Positions 1-13,169 of a DNA stretch of 64,000 nucleotides are shown piece after piece (positions within the stretch are counted from its first letter, which is position 1; each line of letters starts with the position of its first letter). The position numbers and the translations under genes were made by a program. This DNA comes from Octopus bimaculoides (taxonomy: Eukaryota), in NCBI RefSeq assembly GCF_001194135.2, contig NC_068982.1, forward strand, positions 60,473,747 to 60,537,746, read 5' to 3'. A model generated the notes under the pieces. It was not told the origin of the DNA. It worked only from the letters and a program-made list of their open reading frames with translations, and ran no database searches.

Positions 1-64
1 GCCCAAGGTGCCACATAGTGGCACTGAACCCAGAACCATGTGGTTGAGAAGCAAGCTTCTTACC
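1..64 (-). mobile_element. tRNA-derived SINE head, truncated by window edge
   Basis: GCCCAAGGTGCC...CTGAACCCAGAACCATGTGGTTGAGAAGCAAGCTTCTTACCA matches the head of the fuller copy at 7695-7856. Confidence 0.75.
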
Positions 65-2519
65 AAAACCATAAAAAAAATATACAAGTACAATATCCAT
101 GACTCTGTCAAAGGAGAGACCAGAGATTCCAGTTAACAAGAATGTACAAAACTATATTAAACAGAAAATATTTCTATAAACAACATCCATAGTATTTCAG
201 AGAAACAGCCATGTGAAAACAGTTTGATCCAACATCAGCAAACAAATTTTTGTAATTACAGAAAGCTAATTCTAAATAAATATAATCAATTTTAATGAAA
301 ATTGAAATGTTATAGCTTGATGCATTTACAACAGCCACTCAACAAGGAAGTTTCTACATGGTTGCGCTATCAGCAAAAATAATATTCAAATCACCCTGAA
401 ATCATAACTTATGGTTAAATAATATAAAGTAGTCAAACATATCCTTAACTCTAGCATTCAGATTTATTTTGTCAAATGTAATGCTTATTTATTCACATTG
501 CTTTGAATTAATCATGCATTATCTTGAAACTTCAAGATTTTGGTTATGCGATCGTTTGATTTTAGAGTGACATTGTAGAGTAGGTGTTAAAGGCAGGATC
601 TGGTCAGTTTGAGCATAAAACAGACAGAATATTTGGACCAGATATGGCCAGTTTAAATGCTAAAGAGTTAAAAATAGGAGATGGTAACAGCTAGGATACT
701 TTTGACCATAGTTCTGCTTGATGAAGGCAGAGCACCAGGGGAACAGCAACAACCATGATTTATCTTAAGAATTACATAAAAAGAAACCATCTCAGTTATT
801 TATATAAAAGTCCAAGGCTATAATAATGTAACTGCTTCACATTTTGAAGATTGTGCCTTTTTTCTTTCTTCATGAAAAGATCTTCACAGATTTTTTGGCA
901 ATATTTCAACCAAAGATTGTAAATCAGGATTGTAGTTTAAATTTAATTTCTTGGAGTATTTTTGTGAATTATGTCTCTCTTCCAATTAGAAATTTCATAG
1001 AAAGAAACAACAAAGATATGAATATAAGATCAAGTTATTTGTTAGATACAGTATGATTTTTTTTCTTTTTTGAAGTTAACACTCTTGTTATTTCTAAATA
1101 CTTGGAGGAAAAATATCAAGTTGAATCTTGCCATACTGATATAATCATTCATGTAAGACATTCTATCCATTAATTTCATCTTGTTAGATTAATGGCTCTG
1201 AGAAATTTATTTGGAGAAGGAAATTAAAAAGAACAAGTAATGCCATTTGTACTGAAAAAAAAAAATAATAATAATAAAACAGTTTTGAAAATGAATAAAA
1301 TTTTCACATGTGGAACTGTGTTTCATAGAAAAAGACAAAATTCCTGAGGTTCAAGAAAAATTATATTTCAACACAAAGAGAAAAAATAAGAACAAATCTA
1401 AAAGTAGATTACACTTTGGAAAATGTTTATAATGTAAGGACTTGGCATAAAATGAAATAAGAAATCACTGCAATGATACTCATGAATAATTTTTTTTTTA
1501 ATGTATATGTATGACTTATTTTCTTTTATTTATTCTTTTATTTATTTATTTTAATTATTCAGTTAGAAGACATAACCAAAGCCAACATGTTCAATCACTG
1601 TTATTTTAGAAATGAAATTTACTAAAAAAGGAAAAGTAAAATATATTATATTACCCGCTTTCATATGATTATTACTAGGGATTAGAAGAATTCTTACAGA
1701 AATCACTTAGTATGCATATAAAATATTTTTTCTTGTAGTATAATCAATAAATTGATGATCACGTCAGTGTAATGCTTGAATGAAAATAAAATTATCTTAT
1801 TTAAATCATCATGAACATCAATAGCAACAATGACATCATTACCTTTATTTTAACCTCTTTTATCGAAGAAATCTTCATATTTTTAATCTTTTTTATTTAT
1901 TTACTTTTTGTTTTATTTTGATTTTCCTTCTGATGGCATCAGTTCAACAGGTATCTTCATTTTCTTTTTCTCTGTTTCCTTGGTTATCATTCCTTCATAT
2001 CACTTTTTATTCAAGTTTGTCTTGATATATACATCAGCCTCAGTTACCATAAATCTCCAACCCTCATAAATCTAATGATTTAGTTGTTGTTCACGCTGTT
2101 TGATTTTATCAATTTTCAAAGCATATCTACAAGTGCAAGAATAGCCAAGTGGTTTTAGGTTCAATCCCACCGTGTGATACCATGGGCTGGAGTATATTAT
2201 AATAACCTTGGGTTGACCATCACCTTCCGAATGTTAATGCTATTTTTTCTTCAGTTCTGGCAAATGTGAAAGATATTGTTTTTGTTTAATCTCAGATTAG
2301 TTCAAAATCAAGCAGTTCTATGGTCATAGGCATTTAAGCAATGATCATCCTGCTTTTCATTCAAATATGATGTTCTATTTTTAATGTTTGTTTTTTTTTT
2401 GACACTGTAGGTTGTGATTTCAGGAACATTTGACTGCTATTTCAAACAGATTAAGTAACCATGTAAAGACTCCAGCTCCCTCCTTATTTTCTGTGAAACA
2501 CATGACATATAAATGAGAA

Positions 2520-2770
2520 ATGTGGTGGGGGAGGTAGTGCTCATGATGATGATGATGACAATGATGATAATGGTGACTATGATGATGATAATGATGACTA
2601 CGACAATGACAACTGCCAATGTTGATGATGATGATGATGAGGATGATGATGATGACAATGATAATAAAGATGAGGAAGAAACAAAGGAACTACAAGAGGA
2701 GGAAAAAGAAGAAACGAAGAAAGAAAATAGGGGGTGGGTGGTTTTTAATGGTGATGGTCATAGTGAAGAA
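2520..2770. repeat. Compound trinucleotide low-complexity tract (GAT/GAC to GAG/GAA)
   Basis: Imperfect triplet runs; source of the poly-M, poly-D and poly-S pseudo-ORFs. Confidence 0.9.
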
Positions 2771-3699
2771 TAGGAAACAGTATGGAGGTTAGCACGAGGC
2801 CAACCATGTGTTGAGAATTTTGATTCAGTACGAATCACTGAAGTAAATCTTAAATGCACTTATAGAAACTGCTGTTGTCTTAGCCGAAATAAATTTATTA
2901 CCAGAAAGAGGAAATGTGGTGAATAGAAATTGTTTGAAATACAATGTTAGGAAGAAGAAAGCTATCTCTTCTCTGAAGACATTTAGGTAGATAGTTAACA
3001 TTTAGACTATTGTTGAACATTGTAAATGATTAAAGATTAAGATAGTTTGAAAGTAATTTGACTGTACATTCTATTGATTGGTTGCGTGTGGTTAATTGAA
3101 TGTAAAAGATTTTTCTTTGTTAATCAACTGTAAATCTGTTTAAGACCAATATAGAAATCATTTAATCATTCATTCATCAAGAAATAAGAAACAATTAAGT
3201 ATTTACACAGAAAAACTTTATTATTTTTTTTTTTTTAATATTTTTCTTAAAAATAAGGAATATGGTTTTATGGTTTTTCATTTATTCGAAAACATTATGA
3301 AGATATTTTCTATAACACTAAATACAATGCCATTTGGATTTTAAGGAAACAGAAAACAAAAAGATGCACACAAGGAAATGTTTTAAAATAAAACAAATTA
3401 AGAATTAAAATATATTTCTATCATCCTGAGGATAAGGAGAAGAAAAAGAGGTAGTGTAAAAGAAGGCAAAAAAAGGTAAGCATCAATATAGGTGAAATTT
3501 ATTAAACAGTATAAGTGGATAATATGGCTAAATTAGCAGAATTATATATGCTAGTTAAAGTTAAGATATACATAAAATTGCTTCAATAAAGTAATAGATA
3601 TTATATACAAGCATATGTGTATACTTATTTATGTATATGTGTTCTAAGTTTTTGGCTACAGTTTTGTACCAAGGTAAGAGTAATTTATCCAAATTTATC

Positions 3700-4040
3700 C
3701 AAATTATAGTGCTGATACAAATGGCCTGCCAGTTGCAACCCTCCCAAGCCAAGAATTGATCACAGTCTCCAACAGCTTCATGTAGCCATCTGAATTGAGC
3801 CAAAGGCTCTGTTCAAAGAAGTGGGGATGAATTCTAGTATGCAGACATAATCAGAGCAACTGCTGTGTCCTTTCCTACTAGGCACAGTTTTGTAGTCTCT
3901 GTTGTTGCTGTCCATGTCAGAGCATTGAGCAGCAAACATAATGTTTGCATTTTGGTACTTGATGCAAATCATCATGATACTCTTTTCCAATATTCAGAAG
4001 GCTTCCAGCCCTCCATGTCAGTTAACTTTTTCTCAACTAC
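3700..4040 (-). mobile_element. Degenerate Tc1/mariner-superfamily (DD37D/maT-like) transposase fragment
   Basis: - strand reads HPHFFEQSLWLNSDGYMKLLETVINSWLGRVATGRPFV, resembling the PPH.FEQGLR.NSDGY..LL.TV.KPW..RVA.GRPYV segment before the second catalytic Asp of DD37D-type transposases; frameshifted and stop-interrupted. Subfamily assigned from memory. Confidence 0.75.
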
Positions 4041-4576
4041 AAATTGAATCTTTATGCTCTCCAATACCATTGATTGGTCACCAATACATAAAATTGTTTC
4101 TGAAAAAAAAAAAAAGGAACATAAAAACGTCAAATTGAGTCTGAACACCTGTATATATTTATGTATANNNNNNNNNNNNNNNNNNNNNNNNNNNNNNNNN
4201 NNNNNNNNNNNNNNNNNNNNNNNNNNNNNNNNNNNNNNNNNNNNNNNNNNNNNNNNNNNNNNNNNNNNNNNNNNNNNNNNNNNNNNNNNNNNNNNNNNNN
4301 NNNNNNNNNNNNNNNNNNNNNNNNNNNNNNNNNNNNNNNNNNNNNNNNNNNNNNNNNNNNNNNNNNNNNNNNNNNNNNNNNNNNNNNNNNNNNNNNNNNN
4401 NNNNNNNNNNNNNNNNNNNNNNNNNNNNNNNNNNNNNNNNNNNNNNNNATAATACAAAGTAAATATCATAAGATAAAGATAATAAAATGTCTACACATGC
4501 GAAACTTAATTTAATTTTAATTTTTAATAAATTGAATTTAATTGAATTTTTACCTGTAAATTTGGATATTTATCCC

Positions 4577-4611
<35 letters not shown>

Positions 4612-4617
<6 letters not shown>

Positions 4618-4760
4618 TGGTAAGCTTCCACACAGCTTATGTCTACCAAATTCACTCACAAGGCATTGATCAGCCCAGGACTATAGTAGCAGACACTTGC
4701 TCAAGATACTGCACAGTGGAACAGAATCTAAAACCATGCGGTTGTGGAGCCAGCCAGGCC
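4612..4760 (-). mobile_element. tRNA-derived SINE fragment
   Basis: CTACCAAATTCACTCACAAGGC...CTATAGTAGCAGACACTTGCTCAAG...AACCATGCGGTTG; same family as 7438-7856. Confidence 0.75.
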
Positions 4761-5539
4761 TGTGTCAACGATATAAATTCTTGGTTTTGCTAAGCTTCAT
4801 ACTTATAAAAATACCGGATCAGTATGGATAGTATACCTCACAGTATTTTGTTATGTTCTATTATATTCAATTTTTTTCCACAAAATGTATGGAGTTGAGC
4901 CTGACTTAGAAATGAGCATTATAATTTTTCATTACAGTTAGACAAGTGAAAATTAATCATATCTTCATAAACAATTGTTGTTACTTAGCTCCGATTCAAT
5001 CCTGAGCAAATAGATTTATCTTCAGTGGCATTCCACCTATGACTATTTTGTCTTTTTGCATGTCTAGGAGTACATTGTTTAGTGTTTCCCACTTTTTTGA
5101 ACACAAGAGAATGTGCTTTGTGAAAGAATTGGCTGCTATTTTTAGCTGTTCAAGGGAGTATGTAGAAACTTCTTCATTGGGCAGCCATTTGACAAGTAGA
5201 ACAGGCTTATTGATTTTTAATTGCTTGGCATGAAATCTAAGTAATCATTGTCTAATGAATATTCTGCTTAAATTTAACTTCTATATACTCGAAATCAGAT
5301 CTTGTATATTATCTTGAATATACCATATTAAAACTTGGAAGAAATAAATTAGTCATATGCTGATTCTTTAGCCAGTTAGTTCCAGCTTTATGTCCAACTT
5401 CTATCATTTCATTCTCTCTTGAACTATTCCCATTCTTTGTTACATAGCAGTGCACAAAGTAATCAAAGAGAAAGAATGTATTTGACTAAACTAACCGGAA
5501 ATAATATGACTTCCTGCAATGGAACAAACCTGCACATTT

Positions 5540-6160
5540 TTGGGAGAGTGACTTAGGTGAACTAGACCAATTTCACAAATTGACTTGTATTTATTTCATC
5601 AACTCTGGGAATACAAGGGATTAAAATTAACATCAGTATGATTTGAACTCAAAACGTAAAAGCCATAACTAACTACACATAATATTTTGTCTAGCATTCA
5701 ATTGATTCTGCCATTATGCTTCCCTTTAATGAACTTAAAACTATTCATTCTGCTCTAAGTACAGGGCCTAAAATTTTAAGGGAGATGGTTAAGTTGATTA
5801 CATCAATCCACAGTGATCATTCTATTTTATCAACCCTGAAAGTATGAACAACGAAGTTGACTTTGACAGAATTTGAACTTAGAACATAAAGAGCCAGAAG
5901 GGTCAATAAGCATTTTTGTCCAACATACTTACAATTCTCCTTTCTTCTATAGGCACAAGGCCTAACATTTGGTGGTGGGAGGAGGCCAGACGATTACTGG
6001 TACTTATTTTATTGACTCCCCCCCCCCACCAAAAAGAAAAGAAGGATGAAGGACAAAGTCAACCCTAACAGAATTTGAACTCAGAACATAATGATGGGTG
6101 AAATACCACCAAGCATTCTGTCCAGTGTACTAACGATTCTGCCAGCTCACTGCCTTAATG
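5540..6160 (-). mobile_element. Three tandem degenerate copies of a second SINE family
   Basis: Repeated TATTTTAT...CCCTGAAAGGATGAAGGACAAAGTCAACC...GAATTTGAACTCAGAACAT motif at ~5580, ~5820 and ~6000. Confidence 0.75.
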
Positions 6161-6730
6161 AAATTGAAATAATATGAGCAGCTTGTTGGTTTAAAATGCC
6201 AAGATCGACTTGTTCTCACACGTAAATGAATGAATTATCCTATTTTTGCTATATTAATAAGACACAGAAAATTTGTCTAAAACTTTTGTAAGAAATTTTT
6301 TCATAACATCATTAACATACAGAGAACGCATAAAATTCCAATATACTTATTCTGTAATTCTTCTGTAGTTCTATTATTCTTTTGTTACACAAATGAGCCT
6401 TTCAATCTAGGTTTCCTTGCTCTTACAAATATCAATAAATTTTGCAAAGGTCTATGAGCATTGTTTAATATTTGTTCATTCACATGTGAGAAATTTCAAA
6501 GCTGGAGCCATAAAACTACCAAAGTTCTAATCAATTTCAAGCCAGTTTAATAACTCAATATAAATATAGGTGATTACCTGCTGATGGAATAACAGATTAT
6601 GAAAATTCATTTGATGGCAGATGCATCATGATTAGAAGGATTCAGACAATTTATGCTGTTTAAAAAAAACAACTTTTTTGTTAGTTGATCAAAGGAAGAA
6701 CAGCTATTCCCATAAGATCTACAGGCTCAC

Positions 6731-6817
6731 CTGGACTGTTGACATTGAAATGGTTGATGGCCAGCCTTAATATCTGCAAGTCTGAATTCTTCCAACAGAA
6801 CGAACTTCACAAGACTC
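6731..6817 (-). CDS. Candidate internal exon of an unidentified gene (SLVKFVLLEEFRLADIKAGHQPFQCQQS)
   Basis: - strand acceptor TTTCACCTGCTCTTTAG, 87 nt with one open frame (phase 2-2), donor GTGAGC. The codon-aligned + frame 6685-6828 is also open with AG/GT ends, so strand is uncertain. Confidence 0.35.
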
Positions 6818-7381
6818 CTAAAGAGCAGGTGAAAGGTCAAATTGAGTTGTAAGTTAAATCTAACATCAAATCTTACATAATACACTAAAATCCCTCCAAT
6901 CCAGCACTAATTGGACCAGAGGGTTGAATTTACTGAATTTACTGGATATCTGATCATCACTTTTTAAATTACCATGGCACCTTAGAAAACTCATTAAAAT
7001 TTTATATATACATCAGTATTATCGTTAACATTCTGCATATTGTGGAAATGAGAGAAATAGGAAAAAATAAAAATGTAATTTAAGTAAAGAACAAGTTTTA
7101 TTAGCTTAATAGAATACAGGTACTCTAAATACAGTAAAATAAAATATTGTACAACACTTTGAGAAGCAACAATTCATTTCAGATACAGGAGAAGCTTTCT
7201 TTCTTTTAATAACAATTAATTAAGAAAGCATTGAAAAAATGGTAAAAATGATTACCAGACTTAGTGTAATTTAGTTTCACTGTTCTACATTCTGAGCTTA
7301 GATCTCACATGTTGAAATAGCCCCTCTCATATGTATATGTATACGTATATATCTATATATATATATATATATATATGTGGA

Positions 7382-7437
<56 letters not shown>

Positions 7438-7438
<1 letters not shown>

Positions 7439-7856
7439 TCTCTTTTACTCTCTTTTACTTGTTTCAGTCATTTGACTGCGGCTATGCTGGAGCACCGCCT
7501 TTAGTCAAGAAAATCGACCCCAGGACTTATTCTTTGGATGCCTAGTACTTATTCTATTGATCTCTTTTGCCGAACCGCTAAGTTACGGAGACCTAAACAC
7601 ACCACCATCGGTTGTCAAGCGATGTTGTGGGGACAAACACAGACACACGAACACATACACACACATACATATATATATATATACATATATACGACAGGCT
7701 TCTTTCAGTTTCCGTCTACCAAATCCACTCACAAGGCTTTGGTCGGCCCGAGGCTATAGTAGAAGACACTTGCCCAAGGTGCCATGTAGAGGGAATGAAC
7801 CCAGAACCATGTGGTTGGTAAGCAAGCTACTTACCACACAGCCACTCCTACGCCTA
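7438..7856 (-). mobile_element. Near full-length tRNA-derived SINE with internal CA/TA microsatellite
   Basis: On the - strand A-box-like TGGCTGTGTGG and B-box-like GGTTCATTCCC in the head, body ending ...GACTGAAACAAGTAAAAGAG; partial copies at 1, 4612, 8850, 13490, 31080, 46230 and 48730. Confidence 0.85.
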
Positions 7857-7904
7857 TCTATATATATATACATCTTTTGTAATTTTACTGTTTACATTTG
7901 TTTC

Positions 7905-8115
7905 AAATAGTTTCAAATTTTGGCACACGATCAGCAATTTGGCAGAGAGGAGATAGGTCGATTACATAAACCCCAGTGCTCAACTAGTGCTTCTTTCATC
8001 AACCCTGAAAGGATGATAGGCAAAGTTGACCTCAGCAGAATTGGAAACAGGAACGTAAAGACAGACAAAATGTCACTAAGCTGGTGTGCTAATAATCCTG
8101 CCAGCTCACCACCTT
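7905..8115 (-). mobile_element. SINE copy, second family
   Basis: CCCTGAAAGGATGATAGGCAAAGTTGACCTCAGCAGAATT...CTGCCAGCTCACCACCTT. Confidence 0.8.
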
Positions 8116-8606
8116 AACTTACTGCTATATTAACAACGTAATTTGTGGTATTATTGCTGTTATTTCGAGAGCTAAAATGCATTTTAAAATCTTATTTGTT
8201 AATCTAAGGAGGAGAAGCAGTGCCCATAGGGCTTTTTAAATTCTCTTAGATTACAAAGAGGTGACAATTGGCTGAGTTTAATGGAAGGTGTTACAAAGAG
8301 AGAAGAAAGGTACTGGTTGAAAGATAATAACAGATAGTTGTAGTTCTTGGAGAGAAGAACTTGGACAAATGTCTAGTGTACAATCTTAAAAATGATGCTT
8401 ATCAAAGTGATGGAGGATGAGAAAAATATGATTGCATTAAAGGATTTTACTTGTCGAGGGACATACAGTTCACAAGTCCTGAGGAAGTAAAGTCTTTGTA
8501 GTAGAGATATCATTTGTCATTTGTGAGTCAATGGTGATAGGATTGTGAGCAAAAGCCTGCCCATCAAATGGACATCTTTGTCATGTGGGAGAAATGTGCA
8601 TGCATG

Positions 8607-8637
<31 letters not shown>

Positions 8638-9129
8638 TTACTTCTGAATATTTGGGTATATGCATGAGACATGTATGTAAATACACGTATGTGTGTGTGT
8701 GTGTGTGTGTTTACTTCTGAATATTTGGGTATATGCAAGAGACGTGTGTATATACACACATGTCTCATGTGTGTATATACACATGTGTGTGCATGTGTGT
8801 GTGTGTGTGAGTGTCTTTATATCTGTGTTTGTCCATATGACTTAGCAGCTTGGCAAAAGTGACTAATAAAATAAGTACCAAGCTAAGAAAAGTCAATTCA
8901 TTTGACTAGCAACTCTTCAAGACAGTGCTCTAGCATGGCCACAGTCAAATGACTGAAACAAGTAAAAGATATATATATATATGTGTGTGTGTGGAGAGAG
9001 AGAGAGAGAGAGACAGAGTGAAAGAATGAATAACATGTAAACTTTAATGGTCTTTCATTTCATTCACCTTCTAAACATTTATTAACTCTTCATGGTAAAG
9101 TGTTGTCATATTTCAGCATGCATGTATGA

Positions 9130-9181
<52 letters not shown>

Positions 9182-11119
9182 GTTAAATATGTGTTAAGAA
9201 GTTTACTTGAATTCATGTGAAATAAAACTCAATCAATCTTCTGATGTACAATTCAAAAAGTTTAGTTGAATCCATTCAGCAAAACACGAACTTACCGTCT
9301 ACAAGTTTCATACCTCTGTTAGATCCAAGCTGCAGGCTACATTAAAGAAGACACCCTGCCTCCATTAATTAACTTCATTATATCATTTATATACTGTAAA
9401 GAAACTATTACTATTCTATCCTTATTCAGTTGCTACCACTAAATTTTATGTCTTGTAGCTGGCTGAATTTTCTCCTCAGATATCCGTGTGGCTGCACCAT
9501 GAACAATCTTTCACTTTATATGACATTAACTACTCTACACATGCAATGCCTATAAAAACAAAAAGAGATTCACAATGCATGTTTACTGCTGATGCATTGA
9601 ATTTTCTTCTTTTATTTTTTTCTTTAAAGGAAAAAACAAAATGAAGTGTTGGTAGACCTGAAGATAAATATATGAGGTTTCAGAAATAATCAATGGACTC
9701 TCTTTGTGGGATATAGCAGTGGTTATGTAACTAAAAAAGCATAGACATAAGGAATGGAAAAGCACATCTTCACAATTTACAAGAACCTACAGATATATTT
9801 GGTCTATAGGGCAATAAAGCATGGAGTCTCAGGAAAATAAAGACATGCATATATGCACATATAGAGGCACATATATGCATAGAAAAACAGGCACATACAT
9901 AATAATGCACAAAAGAAAAAGGAACACTTGGAATTCATCCCATTACTAATTCATTTCAGTGTTCTGAGAACATCTCTAAAGATATGGAGATTATAAACAA
10001 AGAATCCCTTTCACATCTAGAAGGATATGTTGTAGCATGATCATCTAAGCCACTTTTCCTGAATAGATCTACTGGTGATCTCTTTGTCAGCATTATCACT
10101 GTAGGTGAGGGCGAGCAAGAAGAAAGCATTGTCAACAAACAGTTCTTCCAGCACAAACAAAAGGTCTGCTGCATTATTCACGTATCAGAAACGTTTTCGT
10201 ATAAGGCACTAAGATATGGGAATGTAAATAAAGGACCAGTTGCAAAGGAATGAAATAAGATGAGAATGGCATGACAATTGTGTGACTTTCAAGTGATATC
10301 TTATTATCCACCAGGCAAATTGTTAATAATAACAGTTTGTCAGTTCAATCACTAGCTAGGGTAGCAGAATCAATGTACTTTGTTTATATAGTACCCGAAA
10401 ATGGTCATAGATATTTCATCAGTTGAAATGTAGCCATGAAAATTACAAAGGTCTGTAGACAATAATCCAAAAATATCAATAAGTAGGGTGTTCATTCAGT
10501 TACATGGATTTTTATATTGTATGAAAGCATTAAAAAAGATGAAAGGTAAGTTTTGCTATAGCCTCAGATGTTGGTCAACAAGATTATTTAAAGAATTTTC
10601 TAGAGGCATGTTTATGTGTCACTGAAGATGAATGCACAGAGACCAAATACAGAATCATTACTTTGTTATTTGTGAATGTATTGATTACGTAACATGGGTG
10701 TATTGTGTATAAACAGAGTTTCAAACTTCTGTTTTATAATAGTACAACTATAACATTTTTTTCACCAACTCTATGAAATAAAGGCAAATTGTTTTACATT
10801 TCCTATCCTAAATATTGAAATAAGTTTCAGAGTCTATTTATTTTATGCTGTTTGGTTCTTCTGCCATAAACACCATTTGCAATTACATATATTCTAGTAT
10901 TTCAAATATGTTTACACATTCTGAATTGCCCTATCTCTCCATTCTTTTGTGTTTGTATAACAGGAAAAGCATAGGAGCATGGCAGAAAAGATTTTAAAGT
11001 GTGGTGTAAGATAAATGGAGGAGGAAGATGAGATATAATAATTTGAATAACCCTATTCTATTCCTTAACTGAATGGAGATCGTGGGATGCCTAATTTCTG
11101 GTGCTAATATAATTTTAGG

Positions 11120-11800
11120 ACCAATGTACAATGACGATGATGAAGACGATGATGGTAGAGGTGGTGCTGTTGGTGGTGGTAGTGGTGGTGGTGTTGGTGA
11201 AAATGATTATGATGACGATGATGATGGTGATGATAACAATGGCAGTGATGAAAACAGTGAAAGCAATTATGGTAATAAGGAGGAAAATGAGGAGGCAGAA
11301 AGAAGGGGGAAGGGAGATAAGAAAGGAGTTGGTATTGACCAAGGAAGGAGTTGGAGGAGGTGTTGGTCAAGGAAGGAGGAGGAGGAGGAGGAGCAAGAGG
11401 AGGAAGAGGAGGGGAGCAAGAGGAGGAAGAGGAGGGGAGCAAGAGGAGGAAGAGGAGGGGAGCAAGAGGAGGAGGACAATGAGAATGAGGAGGAGAACAA
11501 GAAGGAGGAGGAAGAGGAGGAGAACAATGAGGAGGAGAAGAGGAAGTGATGTTGTTGATGTGGTGGGGTAGTAATGTTAGCGGTGGTGGTGGTCGTCATC
11601 GTCATCGTAGTCGTGGTGGTGGTGGTGGTTAGATGGGAATAGAGAACAGAAGGACGCAGGATGAGGATGGAAGGGGAAAGGTAGTGGTAAGATGATGGTG
11701 AAAAGGTAGAGATGATGGTATTGGTAGACGGAGAGGAAAGAGAAGGTGAAAGAGAAGGTAAAAGAGATGGAGGTGGTGAAAGACTAAGAAACAGTTTCTG
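11120..11800. repeat. Compound trinucleotide / purine-rich tract (GAT, GGT, GAG/AGG)
   Basis: Imperfect triplet runs; open frames on both strands encode only homopolymeric residues. Confidence 0.9.
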
Positions 11801-11908
11801 AAGATAATTGCCGATTCCTAATCTAATCGTAATCCATACAAAACATTTCAGTTTTTTTTCTTTTCTTTTTCTTTTTTATAGGTCCAAAGAGAATTCCATA
11901 ATACTCAC

Positions 11909-11977
11909 AGGAAGGGCTTCATATTTTAGAACAAAAGCTTTACTTTGCATCCTTAAATAGCTTCTCTCTTTACATAC
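11909..11977 (-). CDS. Weak candidate exon (VCKERSYLRMQSKAFVLKYEALP)
   Basis: TAG acceptor, 69 nt open phase 0-0, perfect GTGAGT donor; no homology recognised, and a strong + strand acceptor lies at ~11880. Confidence 0.2.
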
Positions 11978-12162
11978 CTATACAACTGAGACATGTTATT
12001 GCTAAATATAGCTTAAAATCTCTGCTTTATTAATCACATGTATATTGGCAAAGTCATTAGAGTGTCAAAGTACAGTACTTTCTGGCTTTTTCTATTTTGA
12101 GTTCAAACTCCACTGAGGTTAACTTAGTTTTTCGTTCTTTTGGGACTGATAAAATTAAGTCC

Positions 12163-12520
12163 AACAAGAGCACTCAGAGAGCACAATCCTTCTGACAAGG
12201 CAACAATAATGTCCCCTCAATGATTAGTCAGAGGTGATTTTTAAAATGAGAATACCTGAAATAAACTCAACTGCTGTCACAATTGAGAATACTGAAAATG
12301 AACCTGACCTGATTCACAAAAATTAAGTAAAAAAAACAGGAATAATAATCCAGAATCTTTGTCCAGTACCAGATTGATGCCAGTTCATGCCAGCCACAAA
12401 GCCAAACATTTCTGAAAGTTTCATCTGACTCCATCCAGCAGTTCTTGAGATATCTTGTCTATGGACAAACAAACACGACTGAAAACAATACCTCCGCCTT
12501 CACTAAGGCGGAGGTAATAA
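12163..12520 (-). mobile_element. Non-autonomous Helentron-type (HINE-like) element, copy 1
   Basis: Perfect subterminal hairpin TACCTCCGCCTT-CACT-AAGGCGGAGGTA (12489-12516); other end AACAAGAGCACTCAGAGAGC; internal TTTG repeat; co-linear with 36037-36413. Confidence 0.65.
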
Positions 12521-13015
12521 TTTACTCAGGTCAATATAATCATCTGCTTCTTTCCTCAAAATTTCTAGTCTAAGAATGTCTTGACCAGTTGAAACCCATA
12601 CATCTGACTGAGCCTTAGACAATAATAAAGTTTCTACATTAAACCAAAATAAATCTCCTGGCCATAACTTTCTATCAACCTACAAACACAGATCTTCCTT
12701 TATATCCACTTTCTATATAACTAGCTCTCCAGTCTATCAACACCACACCTAATTATCATTTGCATACTTCCACCTGTCCCAAAACCAACTTGCCAAATAC
12801 TATATAAAGCCAAAACAAAGAACAAAACAAGGTCTGAGGAAAATCAGCAAGGTAAAACTTTGAAGTTACTGTCAACCTCTTCCTAGTAGAAGTTAGTAAA
12901 TATATACTCTACTAAAAAGTATGAGCAATCCTCTAATGCTAAATTCTTTTATATTAACTTGACATAAAACAAAAATTAGTAAATATGCATATATATGTCA
13001 TATATATGATACATG

Positions 13016-13046
<31 letters not shown>

Positions 13047-13091
13047 CTATGTATCTATGTATGTATCTATCTATCTATCTATCTATCTGTC

Positions 13092-13167
<76 letters not shown>

Positions 13168-13169
13168 TA

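Noticed and set aside
2437-2773. Poly-S/M/D/E ORFs (also 11073-11605, 16705-17516, 54619-54934, 56128-56620)
   Set aside because: Products of trinucleotide microsatellites, open on both strands, with no splice or start context.
3972-4514. Long ORFs spanning N runs (also 23.5, 24.9, 37.3, 55.2, 60.2 and 62.0 kb)
   Set aside because: Stop codons are absent only because of gaps.
7760-7856. tRNA-like A/B boxes
   Set aside because: SINE heads; no complete cloverleaf or anticodon arm could be built, so not called tRNA genes.
7557-7910. 117-aa ORF and similar SINE-derived ORFs (15234-15585, 44963-45160, 47497-47761)
   Set aside because: Lie wholly within multi-copy SINEs.
9960-10255. Protein-like frames on both strands, each broken by a TGA
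   Set aside because: No frame gives consistent splice sites and an uninterrupted reading; no recognisable family.
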